IMG/VR virus record: IMGVR_UViG_3300028299_000132 | Location: 34,092 to 98,091 of that record | From: a virus | Reading direction: 5' to 3' (one strand) | DNA length: 64,000 nt | In this document: positions 10,225 to 21,168 of the stretch, one piece after another | How positions within the stretch are numbered: position 1 is the stretch's first letter | Layout: every line of letters begins with the position of its first letter | Made by a program: the position numbers and the translations under genes | The notes under the pieces: generated by a model | Told to the model about the DNA's origin: nothing | What the model saw: the letters and a program-made list of their open reading frames with translations, nothing else | The model's database searches: none

Positions 10225-11038
10225 TTATATTTATTTTATTTTTTAATTCATTTTCAAAATATTTATCATCTTTTATATATTTACTACAATTTAAATGTCT
10301 TCTCGTGATACATAAATTATTAATGTTTCCAATTGTTATAACGTCTATATTATCCATATATCCTTGATATATGGATGTTTTATGATCTATAGTTGGATAA
10401 TTTTTATCAAATTTGGTATTATTTTTAATATATTTGTTGTCATAATAATCAAACCCATCCCATTTTTCAAATAATTCTTTTTTGTTTTTTCTTGTTTCTC
10501 TATTTACAAGTCTTTTATATATTTCAAATTCTTTTAATTCATCATCTGGTATTTGATTTCCATTTTTTATTCTACTTATTCTTGATTTTTCTACTATTCT
10601 CTCAGATTTTCTAGGGTATTCAACCCCATGATTTTTGATCATTGTTTTTTTACACATATCTTTTATTTTTTCGGATTGGAATACATTCTCAACCCCCCAG
10701 TTTTTAATATTAGTTTTTATTTTTTTATCCTTTACATATTCTAACTGAGATATGTTCTCAACACCAAATTCTTTAATAAGTTTTTTCTTCATGTATTTTT
10801 TAGTACATATCGGACACAAGTATCCATCAATAATTCTTTGATTATAGTGGTCATATCTAATAAATCGTGTATAGTCACATTTATCACATTTTACCTTTAT
10901 ATCAATATGTGAACCTTTTGTTAAATGATCAATTGGGATTTTAATGATATCATTATATTTGATGTTATATCCCAATTCTCTATAATGATTAATATTATGA
11001 TTTATTATTTTAGCATATACTTCCTTTGTAATTATCAT
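10208..11038 (-). CDS. Putative HNH-type homing endonuclease with zinc finger
   Basis: KVKCDKC/CPIC, KEFGVENISQ repeats, PTIDHK...NLCITRRHLNCSK. Confidence 0.65.
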   Translation of the reverse strand: MIITKEVYAKIINHNINHYRELGYNIKYNDIIKIPIDHLTKGSHIDIKVKCDKCDYTRFIRYDHYNQRIIDGYLCPICTKKYMKKKLIKEFGVENISQLEYVKDKKIKTNIKNWGVENVFQSEKIKDMCKKTMIKNHGVEYPRKSERIVEKSRISRIKNGNQIPDDELKEFEIYKRLVNRETRKNKKELFEKWDGFDYYDNKYIKNNTKFDKNYPTIDHKTSIYQGYMDNIDVITIGNINNLCITRRHLNCSKYIKDDKYFENELKNKININEKTI

Positions 11039-11092
11039 TCTTTAATTTTCCTATTTATCTTATATATTAAAAAAATTAAATAAGAAAATTAA

Positions 11093-11695
11093 TCATTTAA
11101 GAATATTTTTCAATGCTAATTTTATTAAACTTTTAAATTTAATTGGTGGGTTGGATATAATAACAAAACTACTATTTCCTTTAACTTTCATATTTGATAT
11201 GTTTTCAGATATCATTTTTTTCTTTATGAAATGATTTATAAGATTTTCAACAAATGGTTTCATATCAAATCCATCTTTAATCTTAACTATATGAAGTTCA
11301 TTATTTTTTTCAACAATAAAATATTTAGATTCCTTATAATGTGGTAGTATGGAGTTTATATCCTTTTGTTTCATTTCATCTGGAAAGAAAACAACTGATT
11401 TGTTTTTATTACCATAATTAGGATCTTTTCTAAAATCTGAATAAATAGATGGTGTTATAATTTTATCTTCATCTATTTTTAAGTTATTTTGTAATTTTAC
11501 ATTCACTGGGTAATGTTCTAATATCTGATCAAATAGATACGCTTTTGTTTTTGAAGAACTACCAATAACAGTATTTACAATATAATTTTCATTATAAATA
11601 TTAACAATAGAGCCTTTGATTTCAAAACCATCATTTTCAACAACAACAGTGTCACCTATTTTTATACCATTTAATTCTGTAATATTCTTACCCAT
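11093..11695 (-). CDS. Hypothetical protein
   Basis: 200-aa ORF; TATATA motif upstream. Confidence 0.7.
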   Translation of the reverse strand: MGKNITELNGIKIGDTVVVENDGFEIKGSIVNIYNENYIVNTVIGSSSKTKAYLFDQILEHYPVNVKLQNNLKIDEDKIITPSIYSDFRKDPNYGNKNKSVVFFPDEMKQKDINSILPHYKESKYFIVEKNNELHIVKIKDGFDMKPFVENLINHFIKKKMISENISNMKVKGNSSFVIISNPPIKFKSLIKLALKNILK

Positions 11696-11782
11696 TATTT
11701 ATGTTAATTTGTATTATATATAAAAAGAAGAAAGTCAATTTTTGTAAATTGCCTCTCTTCTTTTTATAAATATGAATTATAA

Positions 11783-12376
11783 TTATATTTGTTCTCTTGG
11801 TTGAATTTGTTGTGCTGTTCTTTGTGTTTGTGATTGTTGGCTAAATTGTGGTTTTTGTCCTTGACCTTGTAATCTTTGTGGTTTTTGACCCTGTAGTTGT
11901 GGTTGTCCCTGTAGTTGACCCAATTGTCCTTGTAGTTGTGGTTGTCCTTGTAGTTGTGGTTGTCCCTGTAGTTGACCCAATTGTCCTTGACCTAAATCAA
12001 AATCTTCATCACCTAAATCTAAATCTTGGATTTGTTGGCCACCTAATTGAACTTGTCCTTGACCTTGTACTCCACCTTGTATTAACCCTTGTTTTTCTGG
12101 CATCAATACATCACCTGGAATATTTTCAATATTCAAATATGATGTTGATACATATTTTGCGATTTCTTCCGCGATTTCCATATCTGAATATAATCTCTTA
12201 ATATCCTGTCCACTTTCATCTTTAATTTTTTTAACATACGAGCTAACCAATGAAAAAGGTATGTCAATATTTACTCTTACCTTATAATGGTCATCAAATG
12301 CTATAACTGTTTCGTTTAGCTTGCCACCACGCTTTTTGCCTTGAAATTCACCAAATCTAAATACGCTCTTATTCAT
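11783..12376 (-). CDS. Hypothetical protein with Q/G-rich low-complexity tail
   Basis: GQPQLQ tandem repeats; VFRFGEF..KLNE start. Confidence 0.75.
   Translation of the reverse strand: MNKSVFRFGEFQGKKRGGKLNETVIAFDDHYKVRVNIDIPFSLVSSYVKKIKDESGQDIKRLYSDMEIAEEIAKYVSTSYLNIENIPGDVLMPEKQGLIQGGVQGQGQVQLGGQQIQDLDLGDEDFDLGQGQLGQLQGQPQLQGQPQLQGQLGQLQGQPQLQGQKPQRLQGQGQKPQFSQQSQTQRTAQQIQPREQI
11840..11995. repeat. Coding tandem repeats (18-nt GQPQLQ and GQLGQLQ units)
   Basis: tgtagttgtggttgtcc repeated; gttgacccaattgtccttg twice. Confidence 0.85.
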
Positions 12377-12462
12377 AATATTCTTTTATTTTTTAATTAT
12401 ATATAAAAATATAATTATCATTTTTTTCAATAGTATATAGTAATATTTTTATTCAATTTTTT

Positions 12463-13284
12463 TTATTTTTTACCCCATCTCCAACTCCATATGTTATAAT
12501 GAACAGATACACCCATACTCCATCCAAATCTTGGATTGGCTAAATTATAATCTGTGTTTAATCCAAATCCAACATAAGGGCCAAATGAGAAATTCTTAGG
12601 TTTCAATGGTGTTTTCTCTGGAGCTTTATCTAATATAAATACACCATCCAAATTATTTATTTGGATTTTTGGTGATGGTGATATCGCGTAAACCTCATAT
12701 TTATCATTCAAATTTCTAAATCCATATGTTATATTTATTTTTGTTAGATTTGTTTCAAAAATGGTTGTATCTGGTTTTAATACCCATTTTTTATTTATAA
12801 AATCTGGATAAGCATAAAATCTACTAAAACCAGTTAAATATTGCTCAAATCCTTTATCTTTAAATTTACTTTCAAATTTTAAAGCGTAATTATTTGTATT
12901 ACTATCAATTATAACCAATTCATTGCCAGCGGTTAATCCACCTAAATCACCAGATACTTTTGTATCAATCGCCGCTATCACATCACCTTTTAGATTTTTT
13001 AGTTGATTATATAAATCTTGATTGTATTTTTTTAAATCTTTGATTTCATTTATAACATAATTATCTTTTGATGTTATAAAAGCGTTAAGCTTTCTATTAA
13101 ATTCTTCAAAAAGACTATCTTTTGAAGCGTTCCAATTTTGAGTGTTTTGTTTTTGTTGAAATTCCCATTGTGCTCTCTCTGTTTTTAATGTAGAACATGT
13201 CTGAAATAAAAATACAGACACTATTACTAATGCTATAAAAAATATTATAGGATAGTATTTTTTTATGATAGTTAAAAAGTTCAT
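12463..13284 (-). CDS. Membrane-anchored coiled-coil protein with C-terminal beta-strands (possible spanin-like lysis protein)
   Basis: N-terminal TM ending FQTC, coiled coil, FSFGPYVGFG...GVSVHYNIW end. Confidence 0.45.
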   Translation of the reverse strand: MNFLTIIKKYYPIIFFIALVIVSVFLFQTCSTLKTERAQWEFQQKQNTQNWNASKDSLFEEFNRKLNAFITSKDNYVINEIKDLKKYNQDLYNQLKNLKGDVIAAIDTKVSGDLGGLTAGNELVIIDSNTNNYALKFESKFKDKGFEQYLTGFSRFYAYPDFINKKWVLKPDTTIFETNLTKINITYGFRNLNDKYEVYAISPSPKIQINNLDGVFILDKAPEKTPLKPKNFSFGPYVGFGLNTDYNLANPRFGWSMGVSVHYNIWSWRWGKK

Positions 13285-13327
13285 AATATTTTTTTTTATT
13301 TATATATAATGAATTAATGGTTCATTT

Positions 13328-15340
13328 TTATTTGTTTGTTGGGGGATTATATGGAAACCATTGTTTATTTTTACCACCACTAGGTGGTGTTCCATTCTTA
13401 TACCAATTCGCTGGTGGTGATATAAAATTTCCAGATACCCAATCACCATCAAAGAAATCACCATAAAAATTTCCATTGTAGAAAGTTCCCCCACTCCATC
13501 CACCATACGCTGTATAATTTCCACCAACTGTTGTTCCAGAGTTAAAGAATGATCCATTATAAAACTTACCATCTAACCAATTCATATATAATTTAGCTGT
13601 AGAATTTTTTATTTTTTCCAATGGTGTACCAAATGACCCATTATTCCAAGTACCACCACTCCAATTTACAATAAATGATGTGGTTATTGTTGAATTGTAT
13701 CTTGGCCCCATATGAATTCCATTAAATACACCGTTCATCCATTTAACCTTTCTAATTATAGAATTATTAACAATTCCATTATTAAATGTTCCATTTTCCC
13801 AATAATTATTATTAAGATATCCACCATTAAATGTACCATTCTCCCATTTATATAGTGCATTCGTGGTATAATATGTCAAACCAGATAATCTATTGTCAAA
13901 TATACCATCATTAAATGTTCCATTTTTCCAATATATTTCAGACAAATATCCACCATTAATTGTGCCACACCACCATGTTGATTTATTTATGGAACCATTA
14001 TAAATAGTCATGCCACTAAGATCACATCCAGTAAAATCACCATTGTTAATTGTTCCACTATAAAAAATTGTATCAAATGTTGGTACAAGTGATACAAACA
14101 CAGAACTCGTTATTGATCTACCAACAACTTTTCCATTATTAAATATACCATTGTACCAGGTAGACGATAAAAAATCTCCATTATTAAATATTCCAGTATA
14201 CCATGTGGAATTTTGAAACATTCCACCATTAAATGTTCCACCACTCCATTCACCATTAAATGTTCCGTCATTGAATGTTCCACCACTCCAATATGATCTT
14301 ATGAAATTTCCATTATTAAATATTCCATTTTCCCATGTTGATCCAGAAAAAGTTCCATTATTAAATATTCCAGTATACCAATACTTATTTATAAATGATC
14401 CAGAATTCCATATTCCATTATTCCAAGATGGTAATCCAAAAAACCCATCATCCCATATCCCATAAATCCATATTACTGAATTATTTATAGAAGATCCACT
14501 GAAATATCCATTATTTATTGTTCCACCAGTAAATATACAATCTGTGAATAGTCCACCATTTATTGTACACGCGGATAACACGCAATCTGTAAAATATCCA
14601 TTGTCTATAGTAGATCCAGATATAAGTTGATTTTTTACATATGTATAACCATATTCATTATTGTTAAAACTGTAATAAAGAGAATAGGATGAATCATTTT
14701 TTGTATTTATAGTTCTATAAAAAGAATCATATTTGTCTGATATATTTATCATTTTAGTTGTTCCACTCAATATAATTGCTTGATAAATGGTTATATCATC
14801 CGCGGTAGATCCAGTTTGTTCATTTAATAGAACATGTTTAAAAACAGCACAATCAATATCACCTTTCAAAAATTCTTGATTATTAACATATATTTTTGTA
14901 ACATAGTGATTATAAATTGATTTATTTCTAAATTTTTCATCAAAATTTCTATTAATTACAAATTGATTTTTATTATTGTTTATATCAATTACTTTATATC
15001 CCTTTACATATGGATGATAATACCAATTTGTACACCCACTTACTTCTATGAGGTTATCTAAAACATATGTTAAATCAGTATAATTCACATTTGTATCACC
15101 CGAAACAGCACAAAAATAAACAATATCACCTATTATTAAATTTGAGTTTACTCTTGTTGTTAATCTCATTTTACCATTATCTTCACCTATAAATGGTAAC
15201 AATTCAACCGCGTTAGCACTTAATAGATATTCAGTTTTTCTATTTTTATTTAATTGAGTATCTATTCTTGATGTTTTATTATTGACACTTTCAGTTGAAG
15301 TGGAATAAGACCCAAAACTTTCTGCGGATGATATAGTCAT
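13328..15340 (-). CDS. Large beta-helix repeat protein (W-x-x-G-x-F-N-N-G repeats), possibly virion-associated
   Basis: Dozens of 5/10-aa repeats such as WENGTFNGG, WYTGIFNNG. Confidence 0.7.
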   Translation of the reverse strand: MTISSAESFGSYSTSTESVNNKTSRIDTQLNKNRKTEYLLSANAVELLPFIGEDNGKMRLTTRVNSNLIIGDIVYFCAVSGDTNVNYTDLTYVLDNLIEVSGCTNWYYHPYVKGYKVIDINNNKNQFVINRNFDEKFRNKSIYNHYVTKIYVNNQEFLKGDIDCAVFKHVLLNEQTGSTADDITIYQAIILSGTTKMINISDKYDSFYRTINTKNDSSYSLYYSFNNNEYGYTYVKNQLISGSTIDNGYFTDCVLSACTINGGLFTDCIFTGGTINNGYFSGSSINNSVIWIYGIWDDGFFGLPSWNNGIWNSGSFINKYWYTGIFNNGTFSGSTWENGIFNNGNFIRSYWSGGTFNDGTFNGEWSGGTFNGGMFQNSTWYTGIFNNGDFLSSTWYNGIFNNGKVVGRSITSSVFVSLVPTFDTIFYSGTINNGDFTGCDLSGMTIYNGSINKSTWWCGTINGGYLSEIYWKNGTFNDGIFDNRLSGLTYYTTNALYKWENGTFNGGYLNNNYWENGTFNNGIVNNSIIRKVKWMNGVFNGIHMGPRYNSTITTSFIVNWSGGTWNNGSFGTPLEKIKNSTAKLYMNWLDGKFYNGSFFNSGTTVGGNYTAYGGWSGGTFYNGNFYGDFFDGDWVSGNFISPPANWYKNGTPPSGGKNKQWFPYNPPTNK

Positions 15341-15415
15341 TAAACTTTTATTTTTTTAGTATATATAAAAACAAAAACATCTATATATGATATATTAAAA
15401 AAATAAAAGATAATA

Positions 15416-15736
15416 ATGAACGATAAGAAGAAACAAGTTATGGAATTATTAAATTTAGCGTTTGTTGACAACTATGAATTTTTTAGAGATACAATTGATA
15501 AGATAAATCTTTTGTTTAAAAAATATAAAATAGATTACAAATATGATTATAATTCTTTTTGTAGAGAATATATTCAAAAATGTATGATTGTTATTGATGA
15601 GAATCCAGATATAGATATATCTGATAATAAATATTTTTTAGTATATGGTGCGATTGCCGCGAGTATGGTCTATGATAAAGAACAGGAAGACAAAGAAAAA
15701 AATAATAAAAAGAATGAATCTACTGATACCGAGTGA
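15416..15736 (+). CDS. Hypothetical protein
   Basis: 106-aa ORF. Confidence 0.65.
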   Translation: MNDKKKQVMELLNLAFVDNYEFFRDTIDKINLLFKKYKIDYKYDYNSFCREYIQKCMIVIDENPDIDISDNKYFLVYGAIAASMVYDKEQEDKEKNNKKNESTDTE

Positions 15737-16841
15737 AAAAGTTAATGAAATTTTAGAAAAACTAATGAATTTCTATTCTAAAGTTCCAACTATACAAGAC
15801 TATTTTCTAGAGAGAAAAAGAGAAAAAGTAAAAGATATTGATTATGAGAAATTTACAGTTGATTTCTTTAATGATAATACGATTCGACCAAAAGATATGG
15901 ATATATCAGTTGATTTAATTAATTCTACTATATTTAATAATTCTGTTCAAATAATAACATCTCTTCCACTAGAATCACAAATAGGTAGACAGATGACGAT
16001 AGGTGTTAAAGAAAACAACACAAATAAATATCTTGGTTTTATAAGATTATCATCACCTGTTCTGACAGTTAAACCTAGAAATGAATTTTTCGGCCAGACT
16101 GTTACACCAAAAATGGTTAATCGTTATATGATAAACGGAGCGGTTATTGTACCTGTACAACCTTTTGGTTATAATTATCTTGGTGGAAAATTGTTAGCGT
16201 TGGTATGTTGTTCTCGTGATATTATTAATATGTTTAATAAAAAATATGATATGGATCTATGTTTTATGGAAACAACATCATTATATGGTGATATCAAGGG
16301 AGTCTCTCAATATGATGGATTAAAACCATATATAAGATATCATGGTATGACAGAATCTAAATTATTTTTATTTCCAAATGAGGATGTTTATTATGAAATA
16401 AGAGATTATATGAGAAAATTATATGGTGAAGAAAAATGGAATGGTAGTCTAGTGGATCCAAAACCATCTGGTCCTAAAATGAGAGAATATACTAAAGTTA
16501 TTCAAATATTAAAATTTCATTTGAAAGAATATAATAAAGATAAATTGGATGAGTTTAATAAGTTTATAGAAAATTCAATGAGATCAAAAACCAAAAAACG
16601 ATATTATTATTCAATGTTTGGATATGATAATGTTAAAGAATACGTTCTATCTGATGGAAAAATAGATTTAATAAAAAGAGAAAATTTTGATAATTATGAG
16701 TTAGATAATTTAATAAAATGGTGGAAAAATAAATCTCAAAATAGATGGGAAAAATTAAATGAAGAAGGAAAAATCAAAAATGAATTAGAAATATATACTA
16801 CTGAAAATATTGATACAAAAAATCATAATATAATAAGATGA
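15714..16841 (+). CDS. DUF4338/DruA-like protein (GNAT-related fold, common in T4-like phages)
   Basis: VPVQPFGYNYLGGKLLAL, ETTSLYG, SQYDGLKPY motifs; start moved to MNLLIP. Confidence 0.7.
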   Translation: MNLLIPSEKVNEILEKLMNFYSKVPTIQDYFLERKREKVKDIDYEKFTVDFFNDNTIRPKDMDISVDLINSTIFNNSVQIITSLPLESQIGRQMTIGVKENNTNKYLGFIRLSSPVLTVKPRNEFFGQTVTPKMVNRYMINGAVIVPVQPFGYNYLGGKLLALVCCSRDIINMFNKKYDMDLCFMETTSLYGDIKGVSQYDGLKPYIRYHGMTESKLFLFPNEDVYYEIRDYMRKLYGEEKWNGSLVDPKPSGPKMREYTKVIQILKFHLKEYNKDKLDEFNKFIENSMRSKTKKRYYYSMFGYDNVKEYVLSDGKIDLIKRENFDNYELDNLIKWWKNKSQNRWEKLNEEGKIKNELEIYTTENIDTKNHNIIR

Positions 16842-17170
16842 GATGTCTAATAGACGAGATGGATCAACACTTTGTTGAAGAATATGAAGATATCATAAAA
16901 TATAAATTTAATATAGAGAAAATATTGGATCAAATGGGATTTGATTCGTTCATCTCATACAATGATTTCTGTATAAGAATAAGAAAAAATATTATAGAAA
17001 AAATAGATAAGGAAAATATAAATAAACTAGACAGTACGATTTTTTCTGGAGTTTTAAACAAAGTTTTAAGAGATAAAATGAGGGAAGATAAAGAATATGA
17101 GAAAAAACTTGTATCATATTTTAATGATTTTGACCTAATAAATACTATAAATAACATAGATAAGAGTTAG
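16838..17170 (+). CDS. Hypothetical protein (ends in TAG, context AGT TAG)
   Basis: 110-aa ORF overlapping the upstream stop. Confidence 0.65.
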   Translation: MRCLIDEMDQHFVEEYEDIIKYKFNIEKILDQMGFDSFISYNDFCIRIRKNIIEKIDKENINKLDSTIFSGVLNKVLRDKMREDKEYEKKLVSYFNDFDLINTINNIDKS

Positions 17171-17306
17171 AAAAATTACTATATATTTTTGTGATTATTT
17201 TAAAACTTTTTTATTTTTTAATAATACAATAACAAGTCAATTCTAAGCTTAAATAGATTTGAATTAATGAAAGCTTACCTTTCATCAAAAAACAATTAAA
17301 GTCCTT

Positions 17307-18272
17307 ATGGAAAAAAATTATTTAGACGACAGCTTTTTGTTTGAAACAACAGAAGAGTCACAACAACAAGAACTTTCTTTTTTAGATAAAGAAAGAAGAA
17401 ATCAAGATGGTATTTATCGTCCAACGTTAGATCAAGCGAAAGACGCTAAAGAGGGTTACAAATCCACAATCAGATTTATCAGAAACATCTCAAGAGATGG
17501 TAGAATCGGCCCAGCGGCTATTGAAAAACATATTCATTATGTTGATCTTCCAAATCACGCTGATGTTAGAGGTTACTATGAATGTGGTAAAAATTTATCA
17601 CCAAAATGTGATCTTTGCACATTTTACTGGAAGCTCGCGAAATCTAACAACCAAGCGGATGTTGAAAAAGCAGATCTTATTGGCAGAACAACCAAATATT
17701 ACAGTTATGTAATGATTTTAGAAGACGAACAACAACTAGAATTAGTTGGAAAAATTATGATTTTTTCTTATGGATATCAAATCAAAGAAAAAATTGAAGC
17801 GGAAAGAAAAGGTGAAGTAGAAGAAAAATGTAACATTTTTGATTTTGTCACTGGTAAAGATTTCAGACTTATTATTAAAGAAAAGACAAGAAGAAATAAT
17901 AAGGCTGTACCAACTTACGAATTTAGTCAATTTAGATCAGAATCACCTATTAAAATCTACAACGAAAAAACACAGAAATTTGTTGAAGCGAAAGTAGATG
18001 ACGAAGGTAAAATTTCTGATGTTAAATGGCAACAAAAAATCAAGGAAACTATTCTTGGTAGAGACGAAAACGTTAATATTGAAGATCATGAACCACAACC
18101 TTGGGATGATGAAACTCAAAATAAAGTAGAAAAAGTTATTTCTATTTTATCGGGTGAAGATATTGACTTCGCGGAAGAATCTATCCGTGTAGCTGAAAAA
18201 TCACCATCCACATTTGATGAAGATAGTGGTGACGATACAGTTGATGATTTCTTTGATTTTGATGATAATTAA
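17307..18272 (+). CDS. Single-stranded DNA-binding protein (T4 gp32-like)
   Basis: STIRFI, Zn motif H..C..CDLC, YYSYVMILED, GKIMIFSYGYQIKEKI, GKDFRLIIK, acidic tail DDFFDFDDN. Confidence 0.85.
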   Translation: MEKNYLDDSFLFETTEESQQQELSFLDKERRNQDGIYRPTLDQAKDAKEGYKSTIRFIRNISRDGRIGPAAIEKHIHYVDLPNHADVRGYYECGKNLSPKCDLCTFYWKLAKSNNQADVEKADLIGRTTKYYSYVMILEDEQQLELVGKIMIFSYGYQIKEKIEAERKGEVEEKCNIFDFVTGKDFRLIIKEKTRRNNKAVPTYEFSQFRSESPIKIYNEKTQKFVEAKVDDEGKISDVKWQQKIKETILGRDENVNIEDHEPQPWDDETQNKVEKVISILSGEDIDFAEESIRVAEKSPSTFDEDSGDDTVDDFFDFDDN

Positions 18273-18325
18273 TTGATATTCAATAGATTATCAAATGTTT
18301 CATAATCTTTGTTAATGATAAACAA

Positions 18326-18363
18326 AAAGAAAAATCCACTAGAAATGGTGGATTTTTCTTTTA
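18326..18363. terminator. Bidirectional intrinsic terminator
   Basis: aaagaaaaatccac-tagaaatg-gtggatttttcttt between convergent genes. Confidence 0.8.
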
Positions 18364-18377
18364 TTAGATTTAAAATA

Positions 18378-19205
18378 TTAACTCTTATTTCTTTTCAGAT
18401 AATCTATTTCTCGTTTTGTTAAGGATTTCATTCCAGAATCATTTATTTTGTCTAGAATATCATCCATTGATAATGGTTTTTCAATTTTAACACCATTTCT
18501 ATGGTGTGTTTGTTTTACAACTTTTTTCTTCCTTTTAATAAACCCAGCAAAGAAATCAACTATTTTATCCATAAATGAATTGATATAAACTCCTTTTCTG
18601 TAGTATAATCCAAAGATTAATCCATATAAAATACCACACAAATGACATATCGCTGATCCATCAAGTGTTAAAATTTGAATTAAAATAAAAAATAGTACAA
18701 TCCATTTTAATTTTATTGGTATAAAGAAATATAAACGAATTTCCATATTTGGTTTAATAATACCGATAGCGGTTAAAAGAGCGAATATAACCGCTGACGC
18801 ACCGACACCATACAATCCCATTGGGAAAATGTTCATAAATATGACAATTAAAATACCAGCGAATATAGAACTAGTTAGATAAAATGATAGTAATTTTCTA
18901 TCATCCTCAATTATGTTACAAAACATCATACTAGTAAAAAAGAAGAATATCATATTCATTATGAAGTGCATAAATCCAGCGTGTAGAAAACTATAGGTTA
19001 TTAAACTCCATGGTGTTATTAACATCATCATTATATCTCTTTTTAGATAGAATAAATCTTTGAATATATTTGTTGATTCAATGACATTACAACTAGATGA
19101 CGCGGTTCCAATAATCGCCATTACAATAGCGGTTATAACAAATCCAATAAGATTAGTTATTAGAATACCATTTAAGTACTTATTATTAAGCATATTGTTA
19201 AACAT
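18378..19205 (-). CDS. Rhomboid-family intramembrane serine protease (Bacteroidetes-type)
   Basis: PWSLITYSFLHAGFMHFIMNM, GASA catalytic Ser, ICHLCG catalytic His, C-terminal DDILDKINDSGMKSLT. Confidence 0.9.
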   Translation of the reverse strand: MFNNMLNNKYLNGILITNLIGFVITAIVMAIIGTASSSCNVIESTNIFKDLFYLKRDIMMMLITPWSLITYSFLHAGFMHFIMNMIFFFFTSMMFCNIIEDDRKLLSFYLTSSIFAGILIVIFMNIFPMGLYGVGASAVIFALLTAIGIIKPNMEIRLYFFIPIKLKWIVLFFILIQILTLDGSAICHLCGILYGLIFGLYYRKGVYINSFMDKIVDFFAGFIKRKKKVVKQTHHRNGVKIEKPLSMDDILDKINDSGMKSLTKREIDYLKRNKS

Positions 19206-19328
19206 TTCTTGTTGTTTTTTATGATGATATTAAATAAATCTTTTTATTTATTAATTTCGTTTTCTCAAATATAAGAATAAAAACAAAAACTAAAAAATAA
19301 AAATGGAATTTTTCATTACATTTATTAT

Positions 19329-20651
19329 ATGAACTACTACAACACTAAAGATGTTGTAGTTTCTAGAACTTAAACAAGTTCCTTCTCTTTCAACGCTTCA
19401 ACGCCTGTGCCATCAAATGATGGTCTTATTTTGGCTCTGCGTTTGTAATCGGATGTTCCACCCGATATATTTTTTCTACATCCTTCATTGAGAATGTTGA
19501 TTGCTGCATTTATATCTCTATCAAGAATTTCGCCACACTCTTTACAAGTCCAAGTTCTATCTTTTAATGTTAAAGAACTATTGATATAACCACATTTAGA
19601 ACAGGTTTTACTTGAAGGAAAAAACCTATCTATATGTACGATTTCTTTATCATTCCATTCTGCTTTGTATGTTAAAATATCAATGAATTTACCCCAACTA
19701 ACATCACCAATGGATTTTGCTAATTTATGGTTTTTCATCATTCCTTTTACATTCAAATCTTCAAGATAGATTTTATCAAATTGATTTACAAGGTTTAATG
19801 TAGTTTTATGAATTAAATCCATTCTTGAATTGGTTATTTTTTCGTGGATTTTTGATACTTTAACTCTTTTCTTTTCATAATGGTTACTACCTTTTATTTT
19901 TCTTGATAGATGTTTTTGATTTTTGGATAAAAGTCTTTCATAGTGTTTAAGAAATCTATGGTTCTTGATTTTCGTTCCATTAGATAACACTAAAAAATCT
20001 TTTATTCCTAAATCTATTCCTACTGAATTTCCAGTTTTAACTGATGGAGTATATTCCTTTTCAGTTAGAATTGAAACAAAATACTTTCCAGTAGGGGTTT
20101 TACTTAATGTTGCTTTTTTTATTTTTCCTTTAATCTCTCGTTCCATTATCATTTTTATTCCATCATTAAATTTAGGAAAGTATATTTTATTTTCCTCATT
20201 TTTAACATGTTGTGGTACGGTAAATGAATTTCTTGATTTTTTTGACTTAAAACGAGGAAATTGAGTTCTTTTATTAAAGAAATTTTGATATGACATTTCC
20301 AAACATTTTAATGAATACTGGAGTGTTTGTGAATTAATTTCTTTCAACCATTCAGTTTTTTCATTCTTTTTTAATTTAGTTAAATAACCTGATTGTTTAT
20401 TATAAGTAATTGATTTTTTGTTATTTAAGTATTCTTCTTTTCTTTGGTTAAGGAAGTAATTATACACATATCTAACTGAACCAAAATGTTTATTTAAAAG
20501 AACTTCTTGTTCTTTTGTTGGGTTCAATCTAAATTTGTATGTATATTTAATTTCTTTCATATAATTATTCAAAACTAATTTCTTTTGTATAACTATATAT
20601 AATTAAAAAATAATGAATTTTTTCCATCGTGGTTTTATTGGTGTGGTCTTT
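19329..20651 (-). mobile_element. IS200/IS605-family (IS1341-type, tnpB only) element
   Basis: Right-end hairpin gaaactacaacatctttagtgttgtagtagttcat; partial left-end catcgtggtttt; flanked by TTTAT; removing it restores a TATATA promoter region. Confidence 0.85.
19370..20572 (-). CDS. tnpB: RNA-guided endonuclease TnpB
   Basis: HTH start YKFRLNPTKEQ, RuvC GIDLG / LEDLNV / DRDINAAINI, Zn finger CSKC..CKEC. Confidence 0.95.
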   Translation of the reverse strand: MNNYMKEIKYTYKFRLNPTKEQEVLLNKHFGSVRYVYNYFLNQRKEEYLNNKKSITYNKQSGYLTKLKKNEKTEWLKEINSQTLQYSLKCLEMSYQNFFNKRTQFPRFKSKKSRNSFTVPQHVKNEENKIYFPKFNDGIKMIMEREIKGKIKKATLSKTPTGKYFVSILTEKEYTPSVKTGNSVGIDLGIKDFLVLSNGTKIKNHRFLKHYERLLSKNQKHLSRKIKGSNHYEKKRVKVSKIHEKITNSRMDLIHKTTLNLVNQFDKIYLEDLNVKGMMKNHKLAKSIGDVSWGKFIDILTYKAEWNDKEIVHIDRFFPSSKTCSKCGYINSSLTLKDRTWTCKECGEILDRDINAAINILNEGCRKNISGGTSDYKRRAKIRPSFDGTGVEALKEKELV

Positions 20652-20671
20652 ATAAAAAAAATTAAATAAAA

Positions 20672-20881
20672 ATGATAACACTTTCATCGGGATATAGACC
20701 ATTATTTAGAGACTAGATAAATACTTTTTGTTCTAATAATGATATCATAATTACATATAAAAGTAATCTTGGTAATGGTAGATATGATGATTTTTATAAT
20801 TTTTATGGTGATGTACATAATATTGACAAATTGGAAAAATATGTTAATCAACTTGAAGAGAAAAGAAAAAAACAAAAATGA
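20672..20881 (+). CDS. Hypothetical protein with in-frame TAG at 20714-20716
   Basis: MITLSSGYRPLFRD*INTFCSNND...EEKRKKQK; A-rich leader; TGA overlaps next ATG. Confidence 0.7.
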
Positions 20882-21168
20882 ATTTAACACCCTTTGACAC
20901 CGAAAACGAAACAGTATCTTTTAGTGATTATAATGTAAAAAAACTGAAAGATAAACTAACAAAAGAATTATCAAGTTATCCATTTGAAACAGAAAAATCT
21001 ATAAAATCAATAATATCAGATATATGTTATGATTTTGTTGAAAGTAGGAGAATATACGATTACAGAATTTGTACAAATAGTGGTGATGGAATATTAACGA
21101 CTGATGTTTATGTAAGAGAGAAAAAAACTTCTGAGGTATTAGATATAAAAATAAATATAAAAGAATGA
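20878..21168 (+). CDS. Hypothetical protein
   Basis: 96-aa ORF in a coupled operon. Confidence 0.7.
   Translation: MNLTPFDTENETVSFSDYNVKKLKDKLTKELSSYPFETEKSIKSIISDICYDFVESRRIYDYRICTNSGDGILTTDVYVREKKTSEVLDIKINIKE

Noticed and set aside
15714-16841. Druantia defence system
   Set aside because: Only a lone DruA/DUF4338-like gene, with no DruE helicase or partner genes.
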